Shown here: positions 39,088-47,183 of the stretch, piece by piece
Layout: each line of letters begins with the position of its first letter
How positions within the stretch are numbered: the stretch's first letter is position 1
Source: a virus
IMG/VR virus record: IMGVR_UViG_3300046171_000182
Span: 32,001 to 96,000 of that record
Length of the DNA stretch: 64,000 nucleotides
Direction: 5' to 3' (one strand)
Position numbers and translations under genes: made by a program
The notes under the pieces: generated by a model
What the model was told of the DNA's origin: nothing
What the model saw: only the letters and a program-made list of their open reading frames with translations
Databases searched by the model: none

Positions 39088-39590
39088 GAATAGTAAGCTT
39101 GCATGAAGAACCTAACTTGTGTATGGCTGCGATACAAAAAGCAGAAGAAGAAAGTAAAGGCGACAGATTAGCTAATAACTATACTAAGAATAAATTAAAT
39201 TTAGATCAGATGATTTTATTTAATTTTGTGTTTGATGGAGATAATCCTGTTTTAATGTCAGGATGCCAGAAGATTACAAAGGATGTCGTGAGAGTGTTTT
39301 CTCGATACTATCATTTTAAAGATTATAGAACTGATGGTTCTAATATGTTTGAGAAGGTAGACGATTTTATGGAATTGCAATATAGTTTAGATTTTTTATC
39401 TGGCTATGCTGGCGTAATATGGACGAGAGATAAATCACCAGGATTTTTTAAAAAGTTAAAAAATGCAAGGGCAGATATATTTAATGATTGGAAAGTTTAT
39501 CCAGATAAAGTAAAAATATTATATCCAGATAATTACCAATACGTATTTTATACTGGAGATATTTCTTCACTAACACATCCTACAATATGA
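39084..39590 (+). CDS. Hypothetical protein
   Basis: Coupled ORF ending the operon. Confidence 0.55.
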   Translation: MRIVSLHEEPNLCMAAIQKAEEESKGDRLANNYTKNKLNLDQMILFNFVFDGDNPVLMSGCQKITKDVVRVFSRYYHFKDYRTDGSNMFEKVDDFMELQYSLDFLSGYAGVIWTRDKSPGFFKKLKNARADIFNDWKVYPDKVKILYPDNYQYVFYTGDISSLTHPTI

Positions 39591-40001
39591 AGTCTGTCTT
39601 CAAATGATGCATTAACAAACGTGTGTATCTTTCGAGTATCAATTAAATAGTGATTGCCGTCCGCAGGAAGTCTAATCACTTCATCATCGACTACAAAGAA
39701 ACAATTCTCATTTGTAATAAGAGGAATATGCATTCTTGGCGTAGGATCTTTGTGATAGCTATAACAATACTTTGGTCGGCATATTCATCAACCTGCTTCT
39801 GTACATTTTTAAATCTGACAAAACAGAATTAGTGTACGGTAAATCATATGCAAAGACATTAAAGTCTTCTTCTTTATGATCCAGCTTTGCTAGTTGTCCT
39901 TCACCGCTAGTACCTTGATCTGTTATTTGCAAAGACAACTGCTGATTATATTTTGGTAATGATTGTATCTCAAGTAAAATTCGATCTATATCTATATGCA
40001 T
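39548..40001 (-). CDS. Asp/Asn beta-hydroxylase-like protein, frameshifted near 39775
   Basis: Removing one base joins the two ORFs into RSRLMNMP-KYCYSYHKDPTPRMHIPL...HTFVN...RLHIVG, paralogous to 47184. Confidence 0.72.
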
Positions 40002-40417
40002 GCCGTTATCTCTTTTATTCTTAAAGGATTATTTACTATCCAATCAATAACATCTACAGCTTGATCTATAGACATTTTGTCAACATCAGTCCTGTGTGCA
40101 GATCTTTCCGTATCTATGTAACCAAAATTTATACAGGTTACATTATAACCTTCAATATAAAGTTGATTGTTGGCTTCTCGCAGCGCTCGTTTCTCTACAG
40201 CATACTTATGCAGGTACGTAAAGTCACTTGCATGACTTCCAATACTTATTACTCTTTTTCCTAAAGACGTAGCTTTATATAGCATTTCAACTTGGTTAAA
40301 TCCATCATGTTTGCAATTTATGAGTATGTCACAATGATCTAGTGAGCCGATGTTGCCGTATTTCCAAGCAAGTACTTTACCCAGACCTCTCCTGGTTCCT
40401 GTTATATAGTAACTCAT
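39992..40417 (-). CDS. Minimal short-chain dehydrogenase/reductase-like protein
   Basis: ITGTRRGLG, YAVEK (YxxxK), FGYIDT. Confidence 0.7.
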   Translation of the reverse strand: MSYYITGTRRGLGKVLAWKYGNIGSLDHCDILINCKHDGFNQVEMLYKATSLGKRVISIGSHASDFTYLHKYAVEKRALREANNQLYIEGYNVTCINFGYIDTERSAHRTDVDKMSIDQAVDVIDWIVNNPLRIKEITACI

Positions 40418-40979
40418 AAGCCCATTTCTTTTCCCTGCATTGCCAACATTTTCCGCACTCTTTCTCTATAGATGTAATACAACTCATTGTATCCGACAAA
40501 TCTATTTTCTCTTGTCTAGCTAGATCAATTATATGATACTTATATAGATGTAGAAAAGGAAGTCTTAGTTTATATTTTTCGGGATCTATATACCATGGCC
40601 TTTTTGGTCTATCTGGTGTATCAAATTCAGGAAAGTATGTTAAAGGCGGAGTATGATTTGTTCCAGCATATATCTCGTCATATTCATATTCTTTAATTAT
40701 TTGATAGATAGAGTGCTCTATTCTTGTAGTAGAATCTGTTGTCGGCTCATCGATTATATTTACTTTTTTACCGGTTAGTCGTTCTACTCTTTTATAATTA
40801 TCAAAGCCATCCTGTCTGTTAACATTAAAAATATCTACATTAGATACTAAATTTAACAAATTAAACAGTACGAAGCTATCTATACCTCCACTCATAATAA
40901 TAGCACAACGACCTTTAGGATTTATTTCTACAACCCTTTGATCCCATTTTGGGCCGCATATATAATTCATTGTTTTCAT
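40377..40979 (-). CDS. QueC-like PP-loop ATPase
   Basis: SGGIDS and terminal SC...CGKCWQC zinc motif. Confidence 0.7.
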   Translation of the reverse strand: MKTMNYICGPKWDQRVVEINPKGRCAIIMSGGIDSFVLFNLLNLVSNVDIFNVNRQDGFDNYKRVERLTGKKVNIIDEPTTDSTTRIEHSIYQIIKEYEYDEIYAGTNHTPPLTYFPEFDTPDRPKRPWYIDPEKYKLRLPFLHLYKYHIIDLARQEKIDLSDTMSCITSIEKECGKCWQCREKKWAYELLYNRNQERSG

Positions 40980-41000
40980 TGTAAACTATTTTTTAAAAAA

Positions 41001-41042
41001 CCGCATTTTTTTATGTACATTACCTTTTAGATAGTGTATAGT
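41001..41042 (+). promoter_or_regulatory. Early promoter
   Basis: CCGCATTTTTTTA-TGTACA-N17-TATAGT; first 27 bp identical to 45158-45184. Confidence 0.75.
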
Positions 41043-41067
41043 GTATATATCAAATGAGGAGATAACC

Positions 41068-41283
41068 ATGTTATTATCAAACGGCGCAATGATCAAGAAT
41101 GACGTAATCGAAGCTTTTAACAAAGCCACTACGAATCCTGAGAATATTAATTCGTCAGGTGGTATTAATTGGAACTTTGTTGACGCTGACCTAAACTTAG
41201 AACTTTCGACGTGGTACACTTCAGAATATCTGTATGAGTGCTTTGAAGTTCTAGTCGATAACTTTTTTGGAGAAACAGTGTAA
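41068..41283 (+). CDS. Hypothetical early protein
   Basis: GAGGAG RBS after an early promoter. Confidence 0.65.
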   Translation: MLLSNGAMIKNDVIEAFNKATTNPENINSSGGINWNFVDADLNLELSTWYTSEYLYECFEVLVDNFFGETV

Positions 41284-41543
41284 TGGAATCATACATTCAA
41301 GAAACGCGTAATGGATTTGAAATGGCTGTAGATGAAGTAGAACGCCTCTATTCCGAGAATGTTAAAGGCGTACAGGAAGAGACTGTGCGGAAAGAGATGA
41401 AAGCTTGGGCTACATCAAGTGGGATGATAACTGCTGAGTATAAAGATATCGTTAGCGCCCATGCTAAGGCTCGCGGTTGGACTCAAGAAGGTTTTACAGG
41501 AATGGAAGTTTGTGATCCCTTTTGGGATTGGCAAGAAGATTAA
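41283..41543 (+). CDS. Hypothetical protein
   Basis: TAATG coupling. Confidence 0.6.
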   Translation: MESYIQETRNGFEMAVDEVERLYSENVKGVQEETVRKEMKAWATSSGMITAEYKDIVSAHAKARGWTQEGFTGMEVCDPFWDWQED

Positions 41544-41549
41544 TAGTTT

Positions 41550-41626
41550 GGTTCCTTAGCTCAGCTGGATAGAGCAACTGCCTTCTAAGCAGTAGGCCAT
41601 AGGTTCGAATCCTATAGGGACCGCCA
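41550..41626 (+). tRNA. tRNA-Arg (TCT)
   Basis: GGTTCCT/AGGGACC acceptor stem, CTTCTAA loop, GTTCGAAT T-loop, encoded CCA. Confidence 0.95.
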
Positions 41627-41630
41627 ATAC

Positions 41631-41707
41631 ACTCCTCTAGCTCAATTGGTTAGAGCAGAGCGCTCATAACGCTTTGGTTACAGGTTCGAGTCCTGTGGGG
41701 AGTACCA
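41631..41707 (+). tRNA. tRNA with CAT anticodon (Met or Ile2)
   Basis: ACTCCTC/GGGGAGT acceptor stem, CTCATAA loop, GTTCGAGT T-loop, encoded CCA. Confidence 0.93.
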
Positions 41708-41809
41708 GAAAACGCTAGTCGTGAAGAGAAAAGTCTATGATAAGCAAAGATGATATAGAAGCTATGGCCGAAACTAAAGAACAGAAAAAGTTTTGGGATA
41801 TAGATAGTG

Positions 41810-41985
41810 ATGGCGAGGACGGCCAGCCTAGCAATTTCGCTAAAGAGCCGTCGAAAAAGCCTGACCGCGGTAATCCTACGTAGGGCGGTTTAGGTCGGTA
41901 TAAGCACTGGTACCGTAAACCCAGTCGGTTGTTGCATACGTGAAATGCAAATAAGGGGAGGGGCACTGCAGAAAGCCCCTCCTTC
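41810..41985 (+). ncRNA. Candidate structured RNA downstream of the tRNAs
   Basis: GC-rich run of hairpins: GACGGC/GCCGTC, CCTGACCGC/GCGGTTTAGG, ACTGG/CCAGT, TTGCAT/ATGCAA, GGAGGGGC/GCCCCTCC. Confidence 0.5.
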
Positions 41986-41986
41986 G

Positions 41987-42079
41987 AAAACTATTTTGAT
42001 CAGCGTCCATGTAGAGGGGACCGGGCCTGAAAGCATTTTACTAGTTTTAATAACTAGGGGCGCTGATCAAAATAGTTTT
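41987..42079. repeat. Perfect 19 bp inverted repeat enclosing two inner stems
   Basis: AAAACTATTTTGATCAGCG (41987-42005) / CGCTGATCAAAATAGTTTT (42061-42079). Confidence 0.9.
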
Positions 42080-42085
42080 GAGGTT

Positions 42086-42373
42086 ATGATGGTTAATGAA
42101 GAAATAAAAAATAGGATTCGCTTGTCAGTCGCAGCTTACGCTTACGAGTACAAAGACGATCCTGTAATGTCCGATGCTGAGTTTGATGAGTTATCTCAAA
42201 AGATTAATCCGACTGAGAAGACCGGCAATCGTAAGTTAGACAACTTCTTTAAAAAACATTTCCAACCTGATACTGGCATGTGGGTACGACGTCATCCAGA
42301 AAAAAACAAGTTGGATTACATCTATAGGAATTATTATGACACGAACAGTACACTATGTGGGGTTCAGGGGTGA
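42086..42373 (+). CDS. Stand-alone NAD-dependent DNA ligase subdomain Ia-like protein
   Basis: AYAYEYKDDPVMSDAEFDEL matches the LigA Ia motif; GAGG RBS. Confidence 0.65.
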   Translation: MMVNEEIKNRIRLSVAAYAYEYKDDPVMSDAEFDELSQKINPTEKTGNRKLDNFFKKHFQPDTGMWVRRHPEKNKLDYIYRNYYDTNSTLCGVQG

Positions 42374-42533
42374 CGAATATGTAAGAGCTCGTAGGATCTT
42401 CGGTGGACCTATCTACATCCACCTTCATTACGATGAGCGAGTATTCACTGAAGTTGGTGATGATGACGTCGTCATCTTTGGTCCTAAATACCATTTCGTT
42501 GATTATGTCGACGACGTTTCTAGGCGGGTTTAA
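42336..42533 (+). CDS. Hypothetical protein
   Basis: 65 aa ORF. Confidence 0.5.
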   Translation: MTRTVHYVGFRGDEYVRARRIFGGPIYIHLHYDERVFTEVGDDDVVIFGPKYHFVDYVDDVSRRV

Positions 42534-42784
42534 TCGTAGTGCCCGCCTAGCACTGCTACAGTAGAGACTTCTTCATTAAGAATTTCTGCCTCTCTTGCTT
42601 TATAAGCTTGTTCAAATCCGTCTTCGTATTCGGTTAAACACTGCGATTCATTGTTCCATAATCTTTTAAAATAGCTTTCATAGTAACCTTCAACAATGTC
42701 GTCCGGTTCTGTTTTAGGAATAAGATGGCCTTTAACCATCCAAAATAAACGATTGGCTTCTTTGCGTTTCCATGGGCTGCACAT
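42530..42784 (-). CDS. Hypothetical protein
   Basis: Lone minus-strand ORF with AAGG upstream. Confidence 0.55.
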   Translation of the reverse strand: MCSPWKRKEANRLFWMVKGHLIPKTEPDDIVEGYYESYFKRLWNNESQCLTEYEDGFEQAYKAREAEILNEEVSTVAVLGGHYD

Positions 42785-42874
42785 ATTGTCACACCTTTTG
42801 TTTAAGATGTAGATATCTATAAAATGTTAGTGCTAACAAAATGAAAAAAAGTTTAAAAAAACGCAAATTAACTG

Positions 42875-42903
42875 TGTACATATGATAAGTACTGTGCTAT
42901 AAT
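42875..42903 (+). promoter_or_regulatory. Early promoter
   Basis: TTAACTG-TGTACA-N17-TATAAT with A-tract upstream. Confidence 0.8.
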
Positions 42904-42934
42904 GGTCTTATCAAATGAATGAGAGGAATCGTTA

Positions 42935-43096
42935 ATGTTATATCTAAAAGACATCATGAAGCTGTTAAACTGCGATATGGAAAAAGCGGAAAAAGTATTT
43001 GATAATATGGTGCTTGACTTTTCGCAGTCTACTACAAGACAGTTTAATGCTGAAGTAAAGATGGTTAACGAATTAATGGAACAAGGAGTTATATAA
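42935..43096 (+). CDS. Small hypothetical early protein (53 aa)
   Basis: GAGAGGA RBS; translated by hand. Confidence 0.55.
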   Translation: MLYLKDIMKLLNCDMEKAEKVFDNMVLDFSQSTTRQFNAEVKMVNELMEQGVI

Positions 43097-44046
43097 TGTC
43101 ACATGAAGTAGAAACAATGGCTTACGCAGGTGAGCTTCCATGGCACGGTCTTGGAACAGAAGTTAGCAATGAATTAACACCATTGCAAATGATGCAAAAA
43201 GCTGGAGTCGACTGGGAAGTCGAACAGCAAAAAATCGTTACCGAATCTGGTCTCGAAATCAATGACAAGGTTGCTCTTGTCAGAACCTCAGACAATACTT
43301 TGCTTGACGTGACTGGCAAAGATTGGAAGCCAGTACAAAACCAAGAAGCATTTACTTTCTTCTCAGAGTTTGTTGCTGCTGGTGATATGGAAATGCATAC
43401 AGCAGGATCTTTGAAAGAAGGTCGTAATGTGTGGGCTTTGGCAAAAGTCAAAGAGTCTTTTGATGTGTTCGGTGAAGATCGTGTTGACTCATATCTTCTC
43501 TTCTCAAATCCACATCAGTATGGAAAAGCAGTAGACGTACGGTTTACTCCAATTCGTGTTGTATGTAATAACACATTGACTTTCTCTTTACAGTCTGCTT
43601 CTAAAAATTCTGTCAAAGTTGGTCACCGTACAGCATTCGATGCTGATACTGTAAAAGAAACTCTTGGTCTTGCATCTGAAAAGTTTGCTAAGTACAAAGA
43701 GATGGCTCAGTTCTTAGGCTCTCGTAAAGTTACCGCAGAGGCTCTTATCCAATATTACAACGATGTGTTTCCAACTACATCTCGTAAAGAAGAGAAAACT
43801 CCGGTTGTAAGCTATGACGACATGTCAAAGGCTGCGAAGATGTGTTACGACGCTCTTGAGGTTCAGCCAGGTGCTCAGTTCGCTGCTGGTACATGGTGGC
43901 AGGCATTCAACAGTGTGACTTACTACACTGATCACCTACAAGGACGGAACTCAGAGAATCGTCTTCACAATCAGTGGTTTGGTTACAATCAAGCCAAAAA
44001 AGTAACTGCGGCAGAAAAAGCAGTGGCATACGCCACTGCTGCCTAA
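43096..44046 (+). CDS. DUF932-family protein
   Basis: PWHGLG, PVQN.EAF, TAGSL..GR..WALA, TPIRVVCNNTL. Confidence 0.85.
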   Translation: MSHEVETMAYAGELPWHGLGTEVSNELTPLQMMQKAGVDWEVEQQKIVTESGLEINDKVALVRTSDNTLLDVTGKDWKPVQNQEAFTFFSEFVAAGDMEMHTAGSLKEGRNVWALAKVKESFDVFGEDRVDSYLLFSNPHQYGKAVDVRFTPIRVVCNNTLTFSLQSASKNSVKVGHRTAFDADTVKETLGLASEKFAKYKEMAQFLGSRKVTAEALIQYYNDVFPTTSRKEEKTPVVSYDDMSKAAKMCYDALEVQPGAQFAAGTWWQAFNSVTYYTDHLQGRNSENRLHNQWFGYNQAKKVTAAEKAVAYATAA

Positions 44047-44070
44047 AATTGATAGAAGGAAAAATATATT

Positions 44071-44562
44071 ATGAATACCGTCGAGAAAGATGACGAACAG
44101 CCCAAAAGGCCATGGAAAGAACGAAGAGAAGAAGCAATACAAAAAATTCGTAATTTTGCCAAAGGTTGGGATAGTAAAAATCATTTCTATGCTTATAATT
44201 TAACGCACGATTTAAAAATGCATAGCTTTATGCAAGAGCAAAAAGACATAAGAAAAGCTCTTGAATATCTAGCAGATAAGCCCGATTATATATTTGAAGA
44301 TGAAAGCAAATACCAAATCGTTAAACCGAATAAGCCCGATTATGTATTTGAAGATATATGGGGTCAAAAATGTAGGATTATAATTACAGGAAAAGACTTC
44401 AGTTACAATAGGGTTGAAGCAGTTGGAAAATCAATGTGGTCAAAAAATGAATCATTTCAATTTCTTTTTGAGCATGTTGATAAAACATATAGGCCACCTC
44501 GTGAAAAGATGCCGGCAAAAATAATTATAATAGATGGGACAACATACAAGATAGCTGCCTAA
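44071..44562 (+). CDS. Hypothetical protein with short internal duplication (KPDY.FED twice)
   Basis: ORF with RBS. Confidence 0.55.
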   Translation: MNTVEKDDEQPKRPWKERREEAIQKIRNFAKGWDSKNHFYAYNLTHDLKMHSFMQEQKDIRKALEYLADKPDYIFEDESKYQIVKPNKPDYVFEDIWGQKCRIIITGKDFSYNRVEAVGKSMWSKNESFQFLFEHVDKTYRPPREKMPAKIIIIDGTTYKIAA

Positions 44563-44638
44563 AACTTAATATAATCGTTACACAAAAAATAAAAGAAAAG
44601 GGTATATAGTACATGCCCTTTTTATTTAAGGAAACGCT

Positions 44639-45119
44639 ATGTCAAAATCTAAACTTTGGAAGAAGGTAAAGAAAATGGATCTAGGAAATCCCGTAATTAC
44701 CGCTCTCGTTGGACTGGTAATTTTTTACATCGGACTTAAAACTTTCTCAGGAGGTATGAAGTCGATGGGTAACATGGATCATCTGCAATTCTTTTTAGGT
44801 AATCCTATATACATGTTTATTGGCGGAATAGTCATGACTCTCTTATGGCAATCGTCATCACTATCAACCACTGCGATCATTGCATTAGTTGCTTCACAGG
44901 AGCGTTAACCGCTGCCAGCTGCTATTAGCGTGTACGTGCTCGGAGCAAACATCGGAACAACCGGCACGATCTGGCTAGCTGGACTTCTTTGTATCTGATG
45001 GAATGCCAAAAGGCGATACGCTACGAATTGCAATGGCGCATACAGGAATGAATCTGATGATGGCAGTTATGTTACTACCGTTTGTTAGTCACATAGGAAA
45101 GTTTCTCGGTAAGTTCTAG
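44639..45119 (+). CDS. Na+/Pi cotransporter-family protein, multiple frameshifts 44895-44995
   Basis: TLLWQSSSLSTT then LGANIGTT in a shifted frame, the hallmark NptA motifs. Confidence 0.75.
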
Positions 45120-45157
45120 TGATATAAATGATACACTCTAAATTAATGCGGTTAACG

Positions 45158-45199
45158 CCGCATTTTTTTATGTACATTACCTTTCAACTGTGGTAGTAT
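45158..45199 (+). promoter_or_regulatory. Early promoter
   Basis: TGTACA-N17-TAGTAT; shares 27 bp with 41001. Confidence 0.72.
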
Positions 45200-45223
45200 G
45201 GTTACATGATAAGGAGATCAAAA

Positions 45224-45424
45224 ATGCTTATAGTAAATGACATTCAAGATACAATCACAATGAAGAACAAACTATCTAGTTTGCTTCGTCGCTCAAACAC
45301 ATTTGGTATGTCGCGACATGACATTCAAATTGAGTTAGATATGATTATCACAGACCTTATGATAAACGAAGCTCGCATTGAGCAAGAGATGCAGGCCGAA
45401 TGCAATTTGCAGGAGGCCGCGTAA
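45224..45424 (+). CDS. Hypothetical early protein
   Basis: AAGGAG RBS. Confidence 0.6.
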   Translation: MLIVNDIQDTITMKNKLSSLLRRSNTFGMSRHDIQIELDMIITDLMINEARIEQEMQAECNLQEAA

Positions 45425-45672
45425 TGTACACGACCCGGACATCAGATGCTTACATTGCAACTTTTATGGATCGTCAAGATCCACAAATTGCAGACCTTAG
45501 ATCTTTTGTATCTAAATGTAACCGAATGTTGAAAGAGGATGGTAAGTACCAGCGGTACTATATCAAACTTCAAGCACGTGGTCATCGGCGAGGCGTTCGC
45601 CGGTACAACCAGTCACTACCTCTTAAGTATGCTGACAGAGTCGATGCATACATTTATGAGAGACGTGACTAA
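45424..45672 (+). CDS. Hypothetical protein
   Basis: GGAGG RBS, TAATG coupling. Confidence 0.6.
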   Translation: MYTTRTSDAYIATFMDRQDPQIADLRSFVSKCNRMLKEDGKYQRYYIKLQARGHRRGVRRYNQSLPLKYADRVDAYIYERRD

Positions 45673-45739
45673 ACGCCAGCTAGTGAGTGGACTCATGGTT
45701 AGTCATGGCATCTCACTGGCACTTTTTTCTCCCCAACTT

Positions 45740-45766
45740 AAGCAGCTTCGGCTGCTTTCTTTTTTT
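45740..45766 (+). terminator. Intrinsic terminator
   Basis: AAGCAGC-TTCG-GCTGCTT plus T-tract. Confidence 0.88.
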
Positions 45767-45767
45767 A

Positions 45768-45775
45768 TATAAATA
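45768..45775 (+). promoter_or_regulatory. Late promoter TATAAATA
   Basis: Exact consensus between a terminator and the next RBS. Confidence 0.8.
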
Positions 45776-45798
45776 GAGATAAGTTTCTTGGAGTAAAT

Positions 45799-47172
45799 AT
45801 GGCTACGTTTGCAAAAATGTCTAGGGCGGAATGGGGTAAACCTGTTAGCGGATCAAGAGAAAGCAGAGTCGACGTCTTTATTGATGCAATAAAGGCTGGA
45901 GATCCCGTAAGCGATATTGAAGGAAAAGACGTTCATATTGCTAATACACAAAAAAATATAGATGCAATAAAAAAATACGTATCTGATTCTACATCAGGTT
46001 CAACTACAACCTTTGATTTAAAATCTGGAGGTACAATAGTTTCGAATCAGATTGGTAAATCTCCATTGTTTGGAGGTCAAGGCGCAGGAGCAGGAGCAAC
46101 TGGAGAGACTGCAAAGTTTGAATCATTACAATGTTTGTATATTGCTGCAGTGCTAGGCGAAGGCTCGACACACGAATTTTCACACTATACGATAGAAACT
46201 TTAAAAAAATATAAAGATAAAGTATTTGTAAGTGAACCTTTTGATACGTATGTAGCTATTGATGGATCATGGCATATATCTGGATTTAAAATAGCCAAGA
46301 AATTAATTAAAGCAGGATACGTAACTACAAGACATACATTGCACCGTGGCGATAAAAAAATGGATTCGTTGTATGCATTAAAAAATAAATTACGTAAAGC
46401 TGAAGGTTTGCCTGCTATTAATCATGATAAATGGAATCCAGGTGATATATGGGCCATGAAAGATCAAGCAACACTATCTGTTAAATTAAATAAGATAAAA
46501 ACATTTGGAGAACTAAACGAATTCATTGTTAATAATTTTATGAGTAGAAACGTGATCGGAATCTCTCTTAAAAAAGTAAAAGACAGAGAAACCGTTAAGC
46601 TCACTGATTACAACGTAGAACAAAAAGCTTTGGATAAACACAAGTTTACAAAAGTTACATTAGAAACTGCTGCGGGTAAAGGCGTATTCTCATCTAAAAA
46701 TGGAATGTTTTTCTTTGATACAATAAGTAAAGCAGATATACGTGCACCAAACTCTTTTGGTGCTTTAAATATGGAACTACAAGGTAAGGGAGCTCGAGGT
46801 GGTAGAACTGGATATGCACAAATAGTATATTCGGCTGCGGCACATTTAAACAAGACAATGCCTACAAATAAACAACTTGTAAGTCAGGCAAGAATATTAG
46901 CAGCTCCAAATCCTTCAAAAAGTAATAAAGATAGTTTTTATAACCTAGTAAAAGAAGTAAACCCTGAAATTGATAGAGCAACATTTGAGGATGGGCTATC
47001 ATCTAAGAAAGGTCAAGCGCATTTTATACACCCATTATTGGGAGCTGCACATCTTGGTGCAGCACTTATGAAAGCAAACACAAGCCAGCGGAATAGCTTT
47101 ACATCCGAAATAGTAAATGTTATGGGAGCCAAAACAAACGATTCGTCGGCCTATACAAAGGCATCAGCATAG
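45799..47172 (+). CDS. Late hypothetical protein, possible restriction-endonuclease-like fold
   Basis: E...DKWNPGDIW...GISLK pattern. Confidence 0.5.
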   Translation: MATFAKMSRAEWGKPVSGSRESRVDVFIDAIKAGDPVSDIEGKDVHIANTQKNIDAIKKYVSDSTSGSTTTFDLKSGGTIVSNQIGKSPLFGGQGAGAGATGETAKFESLQCLYIAAVLGEGSTHEFSHYTIETLKKYKDKVFVSEPFDTYVAIDGSWHISGFKIAKKLIKAGYVTTRHTLHRGDKKMDSLYALKNKLRKAEGLPAINHDKWNPGDIWAMKDQATLSVKLNKIKTFGELNEFIVNNFMSRNVIGISLKKVKDRETVKLTDYNVEQKALDKHKFTKVTLETAAGKGVFSSKNGMFFFDTISKADIRAPNSFGALNMELQGKGARGGRTGYAQIVYSAAAHLNKTMPTNKQLVSQARILAAPNPSKSNKDSFYNLVKEVNPEIDRATFEDGLSSKKGQAHFIHPLLGAAHLGAALMKANTSQRNSFTSEIVNVMGAKTNDSSAYTKASA

Positions 47173-47183
47173 AGGATAATAAT

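Noticed and set aside
40377-40979. 7-deazaguanine DNA modification pathway
   Set aside because: Only a divergent QueC-like gene; no folE, queD, queE or dpdA recognised in the window.
41810-42080. RNase P RNA or hammerhead ribozyme
   Set aside because: GAGGAAAGUCC and CUGANGA core motifs are not present.
41945-42085. N-terminal extension of the 41945-42373 ORF
   Set aside because: It runs through RNA hairpins; the GAGG RBS supports a start at 42086 or 42089.
44276-44355. 26 bp direct repeat at 54 bp period
   Set aside because: Only two in-frame copies inside an ORF; an ordinary intragenic duplication.
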